In this document: positions 1 to 9,773 of the stretch, in pieces
How positions within the stretch are numbered: position 1 is the first letter of the stretch
Layout: every line of letters starts with the position of its first letter
NCBI GenBank assembly: GCA_043819555.1
Contig: JBDREQ010000073.1
Span: forward strand, 233,950-297,949
Source: Candidatus Zixiibacteriota bacterium
GTDB lineage: Bacteria > Zixibacteria > MSB-5A5 > GN15 > JAAZOE01
Direction: 5' to 3'
Length of the DNA: 64,000 bases
Position numbers and translations under genes: made by a program
The notes under the pieces: model-generated
Told to the model about the DNA's origin: nothing
The model's input: only the letters and a program-made list of their open reading frames with translations
The model's database searches: none

Positions 1-603
1 TATGAGTATTGGAAAAAATATCTTGAAGCCCGCAAGTATATCGTTAAAAATGATTGCGTAGTTCTCAAAACTAAATCCAAAAAACGAATCATCCCGCACC
101 GGCTCTATTTCGGTACGCGGCTAATCATTTCCGAGGTCAAAGGCAAAACCTATTTTAATATTCCGACCTGGAGAAAAATACAAATAAGTAAAAGCTCGCT
201 TAAAGCTATCCCATTAAAAATCTCCAAAGGTATTTCCGGTGAAACCCTGGTTAAGACTGCGGAGAAATTTCTTGGCGTTCCATACCTATGGGGAGGAATC
301 ACTCCGGCCGGTTTTGACTGCAGCGGCCTTGTGCAGTCAGTATGCCGATTTCATGGAATCGAAGTGCCTCGAGATAGCAAAGACCAGAGAGGAGTTGGGT
401 TTGCCATCGAACGCCGTGAGTTAAGGACGGGCGATCTGCTGTTCTTTGAAGGCCATGTGGCCATATCAAGAGGCGGCCTGGAAATAATTCATGCTAATCT
501 TGGGCGAGGAATGATTTCATATGATTCGCTTGATCCCAAATCAGCAATTTATCGGGAGGATCTCGACAAAGGATTCCTAATCGCCCGGCGGCTGTCATTA
601 TGA
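1..603 (+). CDS. NlpC/P60 (C40) peptidase, YkfC-like gamma-D-glutamyl peptidase; 5' end lies outside the window
   Basis: Frame 1 is open from base 1 to the stop at 603 (the ORF track shows only 331-603). It reads ...FLGVPYLWGGITPAGFDCSGLV...GDLLFF-EGHVAI...IIHA, the NlpC/P60 Cys-His-His signature, and sits next to the epimerase. Confidence 0.9.
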   Translation, partial: YEYWKKYLEARKYIVKNDCVVLKTKSKKRIIPHRLYFGTRLIISEVKGKTYFNIPTWRKIQISKSSLKAIPLKISKGISGETLVKTAEKFLGVPYLWGGITPAGFDCSGLVQSVCRFHGIEVPRDSKDQRGVGFAIERRELRTGDLLFFEGHVAISRGGLEIIHANLGRGMISYDSLDPKSAIYREDLDKGFLIARRLSL

Positions 604-1598
604 AATGCGAGATTTCCCCGATTAAGTTAAAACTCAAGAATGATTTCGTCGTTGCCGGAGGGAAAGCTTCGATTAAAAATAACTTTGTTGTAAGATTGGA
701 TGAAATCGGTTTGGGCGAAGCCGCCGGTTCGATTCATTATGGAGTTGATGATGATGTTATTTATAAAGAGTTAATTGAAATTGCCGAAATAATAAATCGT
801 ACTCAGCCTGATTTGGATGATTTCCTTAAATCAGCATCATTATATTACTCCTTGCCTGCTATATGCGCCCTGTCAACAGCCTGGCATGATCTTCATTGTA
901 AACAAAATCAGAGCTATTTTTCCGGGCATTTCCATTTTCCCGAGCCCTTTAAGTATACTACTTCGCTAACCGTTTCCGTCGGTGATATGGAACAATTAAA
1001 GCAATTCTGGGCATCAAATATCCAAATAATAAAACTTAAAATGAACAATGAATTATCTGAGGCAAAGAAAATTATCTCTTATATAAATCAAAACTCAAAT
1101 GTGAAATATCGCATTGATGCTAACAGCAGTTGGGATTATCCCTTGGCGGAATACGTTATAAAAAATGTAAAACCTTATAGAATCGAAATGATTGAACAGC
1201 CCTTCGATTACGATAAACCGAATTTGTGGGAACAGCTTAGAGCCAATACCGACATCCCGATTATTATGGACGAATCCATTAATACTCCAGCTGATATAAT
1301 TAGAGCCGCCAATATTGTCGATGGAGTTAATATTAAAATTCAAAAAACCGGAATGCTTGAAACCGTTATAGAAATGATTAAAACAGCCAGGGGGAATAAT
1401 CTAAAAGTTATGCTTGGCTGCATGATTGAATCATCTATTGGTATTGCCACTGCGTATTCACTATCAGGTATGGCTGATTTTATTGATCTTGACGGGGCGC
1501 TTTTAGTTGAAAATGACCCCTTTGTTGGCTTATCTTACATTAATCAATATCTGAAGATAAATGGAAAGTATGGGCATGGCATCACGATGGCTGAATAA
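600..1598 (+). CDS. Dipeptide (L-Ala-D/L-Glu) epimerase, enolase superfamily
   Basis: KLK, RIDAN, IEQP, MDES, NIKIQKTG, GCMIES and DLDG motifs; ATGA overlap with the NlpC/P60 gene. Confidence 0.88.
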   Translation: MKCEISPIKLKLKNDFVVAGGKASIKNNFVVRLDEIGLGEAAGSIHYGVDDDVIYKELIEIAEIINRTQPDLDDFLKSASLYYSLPAICALSTAWHDLHCKQNQSYFSGHFHFPEPFKYTTSLTVSVGDMEQLKQFWASNIQIIKLKMNNELSEAKKIISYINQNSNVKYRIDANSSWDYPLAEYVIKNVKPYRIEMIEQPFDYDKPNLWEQLRANTDIPIIMDESINTPADIIRAANIVDGVNIKIQKTGMLETVIEMIKTARGNNLKVMLGCMIESSIGIATAYSLSGMADFIDLDGALLVENDPFVGLSYINQYLKINGKYGHGITMAE

Positions 1599-3513
1599 AA
1601 CTCTTGTTTTTATCCTGACGCTGAATATTTTTGCCGTCATTATTTCAGCCGATTCCCTCGATCTGAACGTAGTATACCCAAGGGATAACCAGACTCTGCC
1701 GCCGGTTGATTCATGTTTTATCTTTGGCTCGGTTTCTCCAAAAGCATCTCTATTGATAAATGGCATTGAAGTAGAAATCAACAAAAACGGGGGGTGGCTC
1801 GCCTTTCTGCCGGTCAAACCGGGAGAATTTTCGTTCAACATTCGCGCCAAGAAAAACGGCATGGTTGAGGAAAAGACTGTTTTAATAAATATGCCAGATC
1901 TGCCCCGCTATACTTTCGATAGCATGTATATACAACCTGGGTCAATGACTCCTTCCCGAGAAACGTGGGTCAAAGCCGGCGATGTAATTGTACTGACGTT
2001 TAATTCACTTCCTTTTTGTAACGCCTTTTGCGTAGTTGAACCGTTTTGCGATACCGTCTCGATGACGGAAGCGCCTGCGAGTAATTATTACACTGGAAAA
2101 AGCGTATTTGGCAGTGATGATAATATAAATGGATTAGTTCCGGAATCTCTTCTTGTCAGAGGAAAATATATTGGGCGATACACCGTGCCCGCATTTGCCG
2201 CAGATAGTTTAATATTTATTTATCATCTGTATCCTCCTTCCGAGGAGCAGCTGGAATGGATAAATAAATATCGACTCGATCTTAAACGTCAGGAGTTACC
2301 GACAGATAGAATTCGAAACCTAACCGAAATCATCTGTGATACTGCAATCGAATCTGCAAAAATAATACATGACGATCTCGAACCGACAATTGAATTGGCC
2401 AATAGTATCAGCATTATTCGCACCGGCCCGGGTAAAGGTTACTTATGTATTCATCAACCAGCGGGCATAAGAGCCAAATTAATCGGCAAAGACGGCCGTT
2501 GGCTCAAAATCAGGCTTTCTGATTATCTGCATGGATGGATTATCGATACTGCTGCGGTATTGCTGCCGACGACAGAAAACGTTCCCCACTCATATATCAG
2601 GAATATTCAGACCAAAAACCAGGATGAAAAAGTATCAGTCATCGTATCGACTTCAGGAAAGCATCCTTTCAAAATTGAAGAAAATATAAAAGAAAAATCT
2701 ATCACGGTCAGTCTTTATGGCGCGGATTCCGATACCGACTGGATTCGTTATGACAACGCCGATTCTCTTATTGATCATATTATTTGGTTTCAACCTGAAC
2801 CGGGAGTTTATGCCGTAAAAATATATTTGACTGCCAATCGCATCTGGGGCTATGATGGATATTATATCGGTAATGAATTCTGCCTCGATATCAAAAAGTT
2901 CCCGCGGGATAAAATCAGATTATCGCAATTTCGCTTTGTAATTGATCCGGGACACTCGGAGAACAAAGGTGCTGTGGGTCCAACCGGACTAACCGAAAAA
3001 GATGCCAATCTTTATCTTGCGTTACAATTAAAAAAGCAACTTGAACGGGAAGGGGCCGAAGTTATCCTCACTCGCGACGACGATTCACATCTGCCTCTTT
3101 ACGACAGACCCAAAATTGCAAAACGTGAAAACACAGATATATTCATATCGATTCATAATAACGCCCTGCCGCCCGGAACCAATCCGTTCATCAACAATGG
3201 TACCTCAACCTTTTATTATCATCCGCATTCAGCGCCACTGGCACATGCCGTACATCAATCATTGGCACGCAATCTGGATTTGAATGACTTCGGATGGTAT
3301 TACGGAAATTTTGCTGTCATACGCCCAACTCAATATCCGGCGATATTAGTCGAATGCGCCTTTATGATGATTCCCGAGCAGGAAGCCGCTTTACGTACAG
3401 AGAAATTTCAAAAGAAAATAGTTCGAGCAATCATAGAAGGTGTCAAAGACTTCCTCCGCGGCCGCGCCCAAACGGAATGGGATATTCAACAAGAAAAATC
3501 CTACGGGCGATAG
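1576..3513 (+). CDS. Secreted N-acetylmuramoyl-L-alanine amidase (Amidase_3) with an SH3-like segment
   Basis: N-terminal hydrophobic signal; C-terminal IDPGH...TEKDANL...SIHNNA...ILVECAFM Zn-amidase motifs; IRTGPG...GRWLKI...GWI SH3b-like stretch. Start uncertain (1561/1570/1576). Confidence 0.88.
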   Translation: MASRWLNKTLVFILTLNIFAVIISADSLDLNVVYPRDNQTLPPVDSCFIFGSVSPKASLLINGIEVEINKNGGWLAFLPVKPGEFSFNIRAKKNGMVEEKTVLINMPDLPRYTFDSMYIQPGSMTPSRETWVKAGDVIVLTFNSLPFCNAFCVVEPFCDTVSMTEAPASNYYTGKSVFGSDDNINGLVPESLLVRGKYIGRYTVPAFAADSLIFIYHLYPPSEEQLEWINKYRLDLKRQELPTDRIRNLTEIICDTAIESAKIIHDDLEPTIELANSISIIRTGPGKGYLCIHQPAGIRAKLIGKDGRWLKIRLSDYLHGWIIDTAAVLLPTTENVPHSYIRNIQTKNQDEKVSVIVSTSGKHPFKIEENIKEKSITVSLYGADSDTDWIRYDNADSLIDHIIWFQPEPGVYAVKIYLTANRIWGYDGYYIGNEFCLDIKKFPRDKIRLSQFRFVIDPGHSENKGAVGPTGLTEKDANLYLALQLKKQLEREGAEVILTRDDDSHLPLYDRPKIAKRENTDIFISIHNNALPPGTNPFINNGTSTFYYHPHSAPLAHAVHQSLARNLDLNDFGWYYGNFAVIRPTQYPAILVECAFMMIPEQEAALRTEKFQKKIVRAIIEGVKDFLRGRAQTEWDIQQEKSYGR

Positions 3514-3520
3514 TAATTTA

Positions 3521-3551
3521 AAACCGGCGAATAATATTTATCCGCCGGTTA
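3521..3551. terminator. Probable bidirectional intrinsic terminator
   Basis: Inverted repeat aaccggcg...cgccggtt between the convergent amidase and the pseudogene. Confidence 0.55.
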
Positions 3552-3572
3552 AATCATATCTCAATTCCCATC

Positions 3573-5579
3573 TCAACGGCATTTTTCAGCCTTTTTTGAA
3601 CATCCAGAGTTATTACACCACGGCGCCGGTCCACCTTTGAACACATGATTTATAATATACACGGCATCTCCGACGTTGACATTACAATCTCCATTGGCAT
3701 CACCATCGCCCTGGCTCCGTGCCCTCTGGAACCATCTTTAAATATAAGATTAATTAGAAATACGGCATCGCCAACATTACTTTGCCCGTCTCCATTTGGA
3801 TCGCCGGGATAATAACAATAATCGTTATCACAGCAGAGGCAAAACCATGTAAAAATTTTATCGCTTTATCAGCTTCAGCCAGGAAATCGGTTTCGCCAGT
3901 ACGCCCGGTAATCAAAGCAAAGAATATCTCAATCGGCGTACTCTCAGAAAGATTAAACTCCCCAAAGGTCGCCAGCATTGTCAAGTCGGTGTAAATCGAA
4001 TCTTCAGATCCGGTAACCGATTCCCATGGAACATAACCTTCAGTTGTCAGCATCAACTCATAGATTGGCCCATTAGGAAGCGGTGCATCGTTTCCGTAAT
4101 GTCCTGATTTAGAAACCCAGGTAGCATTATCTAATGTCATTGCGTTTTTGGGAGATGAAACATCCGCAGAAGGAAAAAACCGAACACCGGCAAAACGGTC
4201 ATCCGATTGCTGCCCAATACCGCATTCGGCCAGCGCTTCGGCTTCCCCATCATTGTCTGCCTCTTCCCCTGATAAATAAAGAAGTTCTCGGGCGTCGTCG
4301 GCGTAAGAAATATTATCATTGCCCGAGTCAGAAGGCACATTCCAATCCTAGGCATACCCAATTAAGACGTCATTCTTTGCTCCCGATGCGCTCATAACCA
4401 ATAATCTTACACCAATAAATTCACAAACTGTATCACCCTGATGTATGTAGTATTCAACCGTTAAATTGATAGTTGAATCAAAAGTAGTAAAATCTCCGGC
4501 AGCGATAATATAATCTGGATCGCTGGTTTCATCGATTCGCAAATCACTCAGAGCTCTAAATGTCCGTGGGTCAAAGTTGCTGGTGGAAAATATATCCGTA
4601 CATAACCTTACTTCACCGTCATCCCATACTATCACCGGCGAACCGTCGTAAAGATACGTTCTCGCGTCCGCATTCCCGAATGTATCGCAGTCATCAATAT
4701 AATCCATCGAATAATCAGGCGTCATGGCTCCTAATCGGCCGGTATTTGAAATCCTGATCTGTTTACAGGTCGTCGCCAGATCAGCATATTGAGGTAAATA
4801 AAACTCAGAAGCACCGTCAAACAAACCGGTATCTGCCTCGGACTGTCCGGTCCTTCGTGATTAATACTTATCATCGCCTCGATTGTCGTCGGATCGCCCA
4901 CATCGGTCGAGGCCGTGAATTCAAATTCTATCTCGAGTGTATCCAATCCACCTGCCAATATCGTTCCAGAAGATGGTGTAGCGGTAATCCAGCTATCGCC
5001 TTGTTCATAATAGATCGATATATCGAAATTATTATCCTGCGAACCAGCATTGAAAGCTCTCACAGTATCGTAAGTAACTTCCCCCGGCGCGGCCACCAAA
5101 ATTTCATCCGTATAGCACAACCCGATTCCATCTCCGGCATCGTCTTCATAATCGGTCAGATGTTTAACAAATAGACAAATCGGAAATTCGCGGGGAGAGG
5201 TATCGTCTAAATGAGTTATGGTAATATCAGCCTGAAAAGTATCCCCTTCTTGAGCCTCAGATGGAATCGTTATGGCAAATTCAACCGGATATGCCTCACC
5301 GCCTGCCGGAATTGAACTGGTTGTAACCGAAGGAGTAATCCATTCAGAGCCGTTGATATAGTTGATAAAGATCGAAAAACTATTATCAAACTGTCCCGCG
5401 TTGAACATATTGACGATTATGGTAGTATCCGTATCCGGAAACAGACCGATAATAGTCTGTGCCGAACAAAAACCATCACCGGCATCGTCGGCATATTCAA
5501 TTTGAGCGAGGGCGGTGATATTAAATAGAATAAAAATGGCGGGAATTAAAACGAATAGTTTTCTTAGCCTCCCTGTCAT
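3573..5579 (-). pseudogene. Disrupted secreted protein: signal peptide, two Ig-like repeats, a central domain and a C-terminal dockerin-like pair
   Basis: ORF-track pieces 4731-5579, 4348-4824 and 3754-4338 join through a frameshift (~4812) and an in-frame TAG (4348-4350). Two further frameshifts (~3840, ~3715) expose PGDPNGDGQSNVGDAVFLINLIFKDG and GDANGDCNVNVGDAVYIINHVFKGGPAPWC, with a stop at 3573. Confidence 0.8.
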
Positions 5580-5713
5580 AATTACTTCCCCCTGATAAAT
5601 TGCCCATCTTCCCCGGCGGTAAATAGCTGTGAGGTGGGAGACATTCCCCGTTGCTCGTATTAATAATATAAGAATGTTTAATTTTTATAAAAGCACTTTT
5701 TTAAGGGAAATAA

Positions 5714-5785
5714 TACCCCCGTCAGGAATCGAACCTGAACTTACAGCTCCGGAGGCTGTCGCGCTATCCGTTACGCTACGGGGGC
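5714..5785 (-). tRNA. tRNA-Arg(CCG), CCA not encoded
   Basis: GCCCCCG/CGGGGGT acceptor stem; anticodon arm ACAGC-CT-CCG-GA-GCTGT; T-arm GGTTCGATTCC. Confidence 0.95.
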
Positions 5786-5814
5786 AGAAACTTATGCCTA
5801 TATTTGGAATCGAT

Positions 5815-5843
5815 AAACTAAGTCGAAAAACCCGCCGTGTCAA
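5815..5843 (-). promoter_or_regulatory. Sigma70-type promoter for tRNA-Arg
   Basis: TTGACA-17nt-TAGTTT on the minus strand, about 30 nt upstream of the tRNA. Confidence 0.6.
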
Positions 5844-5947
5844 CTCTTTTGAATATCACCGTACCCGGTTGCAAATTAAAAGATTGACAAATGAAGCTCA
5901 TAACTTATTTTCCCTTATTGCATGAATAAGGATGAGAGGCAATTGCT

Positions 5948-7666
5948 ATGCGCTGGAGTAAAACATACATACCAACCCTTCGGGAAATCCCCGCCGAGGC
6001 CGAATTAATTTCTCACCAACACCTTCTCAGAGCCGGGTATATGCGCCGACTGGCGGCGGGCGTATATACTTATCTTCCACTGATGCAAAGAGTTTTGAAC
6101 AATATCTCAACCATTGTGCGAGAAGAAATGGATGCCTCCGGGGCGATTGAAATTCTTATGCCGGTTTTGCATCCGGCCGAATTATGGCAAAAATCCGGCC
6201 GCTGGAATACCATCGGCAAAGAACTTATCCGTCTTAAGGATCGCCACGCCCATGATATGGTTCTGGGCCCGACGCATGAAGAAGTCATTACTACGCTTGT
6301 TTCCGGAGAACTCAAAAGCTATCGCCAGATGCCTCTCAATATGTATCAGATTCAGAACAAATTCCGCGACGAGATTCGTCCCCGATTCGGACTGATGCGC
6401 GGGCGTGAATTTATCATGAAAGACGCTTATACATTTGACGTTGATTTTGAGGCGCATAAAATCGCATACCAGAAGATGATCGATGCTTATTTCAAAATTT
6501 TTAATCGATGCGGTGTTGCCGCCAAAAAGGTTGAATCGGATACGGGCGCCATGGGCGGAACCGGGGCACATGAATTCATGGTGCTGGTTGAAACTGAAGG
6601 TGGCGAAGAAGTGATTCTATCATGTGACTCTTGTGAATACGCCGCCAATATCGAAAAAGCCGTTTTCAGAGAAATAAATCCGCCCAGGCAGGATGGCGAA
6701 ATAAAGCCTGTCAAAGAAGTCGATACGCCCAATGCCGCCACTATTGAGGAAATCACAATTTTTCTTAAGCTGCCAGCCAGCCGCTTTGCCAAAACCTTAT
6801 TATATCTGGCTGATGGAAAACTGGTCGCGGCAATGATCCGGGGCGACCGGCAAATCAATGAACTTAAGCTAAAAAACCACATAGATTGCCTTGAGCTTGA
6901 AATGGCCGGACCGGAAATGGTTGAAAAAATCACTAATGCTCCGGTTGGATTCGCGGGTCCAGTCGGCCTCTCAATTCCCGTAATTGTTGATCCTGAAATT
7001 GAAACCATGACTAATTTTGTCACCGGGGCTAATAAGAAAGATACACATCTGCTCAATGTAAATTTGAACCGGGATTTCAAAGCCGAGGCAATCATCGATA
7101 TCATCAATGCCGAACCGGGGGAAGGATGTCCGCGCTGTGCAGTAGGGCGGCTTGAAAAATATCGAGGTATTGAAGTTGGAAATACATTTTCGCTCGGGAC
7201 CAAATATTCCGAGAGCCTGGGCGGTAAATATCTCGATTCCGAAGGTAACGAAAAGCCTTATATCATGGGTTCTTATGGCATAGGAATTACCCGGACAGCT
7301 CAAGCGGCGATTGAGAAATATCATGATGACAAAGGAATTATCTGGCCAAAAGCAATTGCGCCATATCAAGTTATTATATGCCCTCTGAATATGACTGCTC
7401 AGGATCAAGTTGAAACCGCGGATAAAATCTATAAAGAACTCACCGATGGCGGTTTTGATGTTATTTTAGACGACAGGGCCGAGCGAGCGGGGGTTAAATT
7501 TAACGATGCCGATTTAATTGGCATACCGTTAAGGATAGCTTTGGGCAGTAAATCCCTTGCTGAAGGCAAAGTTGAACTGAAACTTAGAAATGAAACTGAT
7601 GTGGAATTTGTAAAAATAGGCGAAATAGTCCAAAAAACAGCCGAATTTTTAGACTGCGCAATTTAA
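5948..7666 (+). CDS. proS: Proline--tRNA ligase (bacterial type with INS editing domain)
   Basis: LGPTHEE, FRDEIRPRFGLMRGREFIMKDAY, GIEVGNTF and MGSYGIG motifs. Confidence 0.97.
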   Translation: MRWSKTYIPTLREIPAEAELISHQHLLRAGYMRRLAAGVYTYLPLMQRVLNNISTIVREEMDASGAIEILMPVLHPAELWQKSGRWNTIGKELIRLKDRHAHDMVLGPTHEEVITTLVSGELKSYRQMPLNMYQIQNKFRDEIRPRFGLMRGREFIMKDAYTFDVDFEAHKIAYQKMIDAYFKIFNRCGVAAKKVESDTGAMGGTGAHEFMVLVETEGGEEVILSCDSCEYAANIEKAVFREINPPRQDGEIKPVKEVDTPNAATIEEITIFLKLPASRFAKTLLYLADGKLVAAMIRGDRQINELKLKNHIDCLELEMAGPEMVEKITNAPVGFAGPVGLSIPVIVDPEIETMTNFVTGANKKDTHLLNVNLNRDFKAEAIIDIINAEPGEGCPRCAVGRLEKYRGIEVGNTFSLGTKYSESLGGKYLDSEGNEKPYIMGSYGIGITRTAQAAIEKYHDDKGIIWPKAIAPYQVIICPLNMTAQDQVETADKIYKELTDGGFDVILDDRAERAGVKFNDADLIGIPLRIALGSKSLAEGKVELKLRNETDVEFVKIGEIVQKTAEFLDCAI

Positions 7667-7740
7667 TATTTTTCTATTGCTTTCCCGTTCTAATTTATTA
7701 TACTGTTAAGCTTTAGTGCAAGCTGGGAGTTCTCCGGAGT

Positions 7741-7765
7741 CAACTGGGGAAAGCCCGCTTTTGTT
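7741..7765 (+). promoter_or_regulatory. rimP-leader-like GGG/CCC hairpin followed by a U tract
   Basis: ctggggaaagcccgcttttgtt about 75-95 nt upstream of rimP, resembling the described conserved rimP leader. Confidence 0.45.
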
Positions 7766-7837
7766 ATGCGCAAAAAGCCGACTCAATTGCCTTGGCTTAT
7801 TAGGAGGAGTGTCGGCATTTGACGGTAAGGATACGGT

Positions 7838-8287
7838 TTGATAATTGACTTAAAAACGGATATCGAGAGTTTAGCGGAACCTCTGATTGCTTCGGTTGGT
7901 TGTGAATTGGTGGAAACCAAACTTTCCCGATATAAGAGCGATTTCCGTCTGCAGATATTCGTTGATTCTGATAATGGCGTGACGCTTGACAAATGCGTTG
8001 AACTATCGAAGATTATAGGAGCCGCTTTGGATGTCGAGGATATTTTGGATTCCGAGTATATTCTCGAAGTTTCTTCTCCGGGATTGGATCGGCCTCTTCG
8101 CACACAACGAGATTTTGCAAGAAAAATAGGCAGAGAAATAAAAGTAGAATATACTGAGGGCGGCAAGAAGAAAAGAATTCGTGGCTCGCTATCCGATGTG
8201 AACGATGTGGCAATAATAATTAACGGTGAAGAAGGCGAATTTGAAATCGCCCTGTCTGACATTCAGCAGGGTAAAGCAGTAATTTAG
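7838..8287 (+). CDS. rimP: Ribosome maturation factor RimP
   Basis: YILEVSSPGLDRPL motif; immediately precedes nusA; TTG start. Confidence 0.95.
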   Translation: MIIDLKTDIESLAEPLIASVGCELVETKLSRYKSDFRLQIFVDSDNGVTLDKCVELSKIIGAALDVEDILDSEYILEVSSPGLDRPLRTQRDFARKIGREIKVEYTEGGKKKRIRGSLSDVNDVAIIINGEEGEFEIALSDIQQGKAVI

Positions 8288-8300
8288 TGGAGTTAATCTA

Positions 8301-9713
8301 ATGGGATTTGATACACTGGAAGCAATGACCCTTATCGCGCGCGATAAAAACATTGAAATGGATTTAGTTATTGAGACGGTCGAAGCCGGATTACTTGCGG
8401 CGGCGCGAAAGAAATACGGATTTATTGATAATCTCTCCTTTAATTTCGATCATAAGGAGGGAGAGTTGACTATGATTTCTTTGCGGATAGTCGTGGAGAA
8501 AGTAAAAGACCCCTTTACCGAAATTTCTCTCGAGGAAGCTCTCGAATTGGATCCGGAAGCTGAATTGGATGATTTCATGGAAATCTATATTGATCCCGTT
8601 GAGGAATTTGGAAGAAACGCCATTGCATCAGCCAAACAAATCCTGATTCAAAGAATTCGTGAAGCCGAACGCGATCGTATTTATGATGAATATATCAATC
8701 GGGTAGGACAACTTGTCTCAGGCACAGTGCAGCAAATAGATAAAGGAAATGTTATTGTTAATCTTGGGCGGGCTGAATCTATCCTTCCGGTTCGTGAACA
8801 AATATCCAGAGAAAAATACCGCCAGGGCGACCGCATCCGGGCAATAATACTTGATGTGCAAAAATCGATGAAAGGACCTCAAATAATTTTATCGCGCGTT
8901 AGCACCGATTTCATTTTACGCTTGTTTGAATTGGAAGTCCCGGAAATATTTGAAAAGATTATCGAAATTCGCGCCATCGCACGCGAACCGGGCGATCGCA
9001 CTAAACTGGCCGTTTATTCGGGCGATGAACGGATTGATCCCGTTGGCGCCTGCGTCGGCATCAAGGGTGTTAGAGTGCAATCCATCGTTCGTGAACTAAA
9101 TAATGAACGAATTGATATCGTTGCCCACAGTTCCAATCCGGAAGTTTTTGTCGCACGGGCATTGGCGCCGGCCAAAGTAATTACAATTGATGTCTTCGAT
9201 GAAGAAGTAGGTATGACCGTAGCTGTCGAAGATGATAAATTATCTCTTGCTATTGGGAAAAATGGCCAGAACGCTCGCCTGGCATCTCGCCTGACTGGTT
9301 GGAAAATCAATATCATGTCAGAATCCGATTATAACAGGATGAAGCATGATGAAGCGGAATTGATGGTTCCGATCGGTCGACTAAGCGGCATCGGAGATGT
9401 CCTTGAAGAACGGTTGGTAGATGCGGATATAAATACGGTTAAAGATCTGGCTGAAAGTAAACTTGAAGATATAGTAAAAATTGAAGGTATTGGAGATAAA
9501 ACGGCGGAAACACTAATTGAGCGTGCAATTGAGTTTATGGCCGAGCATAAAAAATCATTAAAAGAACAAAAGGCCGAAGCTGAAGCGCTGGAAAAATCCG
9601 ATTCGAATTCATCTTCTGAAGCTACCGAACTTGAGTTTATGGATGATGATGATGAGGACGAATTAGTCGACGAAGATAAAAATGAAAATGATGCATCGGA
9701 TAAGGATGAGTAA
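8301..9713 (+). CDS. nusA: Transcription termination/antitermination factor NusA
   Basis: FGRNAIASAKQ, AREPGDRTK, DPVGACVG and AIGKNGQNARLA motifs; C-terminal HhH repeats and an acidic tail. Confidence 0.97.
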   Translation: MGFDTLEAMTLIARDKNIEMDLVIETVEAGLLAAARKKYGFIDNLSFNFDHKEGELTMISLRIVVEKVKDPFTEISLEEALELDPEAELDDFMEIYIDPVEEFGRNAIASAKQILIQRIREAERDRIYDEYINRVGQLVSGTVQQIDKGNVIVNLGRAESILPVREQISREKYRQGDRIRAIILDVQKSMKGPQIILSRVSTDFILRLFELEVPEIFEKIIEIRAIAREPGDRTKLAVYSGDERIDPVGACVGIKGVRVQSIVRELNNERIDIVAHSSNPEVFVARALAPAKVITIDVFDEEVGMTVAVEDDKLSLAIGKNGQNARLASRLTGWKINIMSESDYNRMKHDEAELMVPIGRLSGIGDVLEERLVDADINTVKDLAESKLEDIVKIEGIGDKTAETLIERAIEFMAEHKKSLKEQKAEAEALEKSDSNSSSEATELEFMDDDDEDELVDEDKNENDASDKDE

Positions 9714-9773
9714 GAGATTATTCAGGGAAGAAGATAAAACCATCTGCGGGCGGTTTTAAACCGGAGGATTACC

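Noticed and set aside
239..424. 61-aa ORF, and 331 as the NlpC/P60 start
   Set aside because: The 61-aa ORF is an off-frame shadow. The true frame is open from base 1 and includes the catalytic DCSG upstream of 331.
4348..4350. In-frame TAG as pyrrolysine or a reassigned stop
   Set aside because: TAG terminates ordinary genes here (amidase, rimP, pnp, leuS), and the same gene has three frameshifts, so a nonsense mutation is the simpler explanation.
5629..5925. 98-aa ORF
   Set aside because: It is antisense to tRNA-Arg and spans promoters; no protein-like features.
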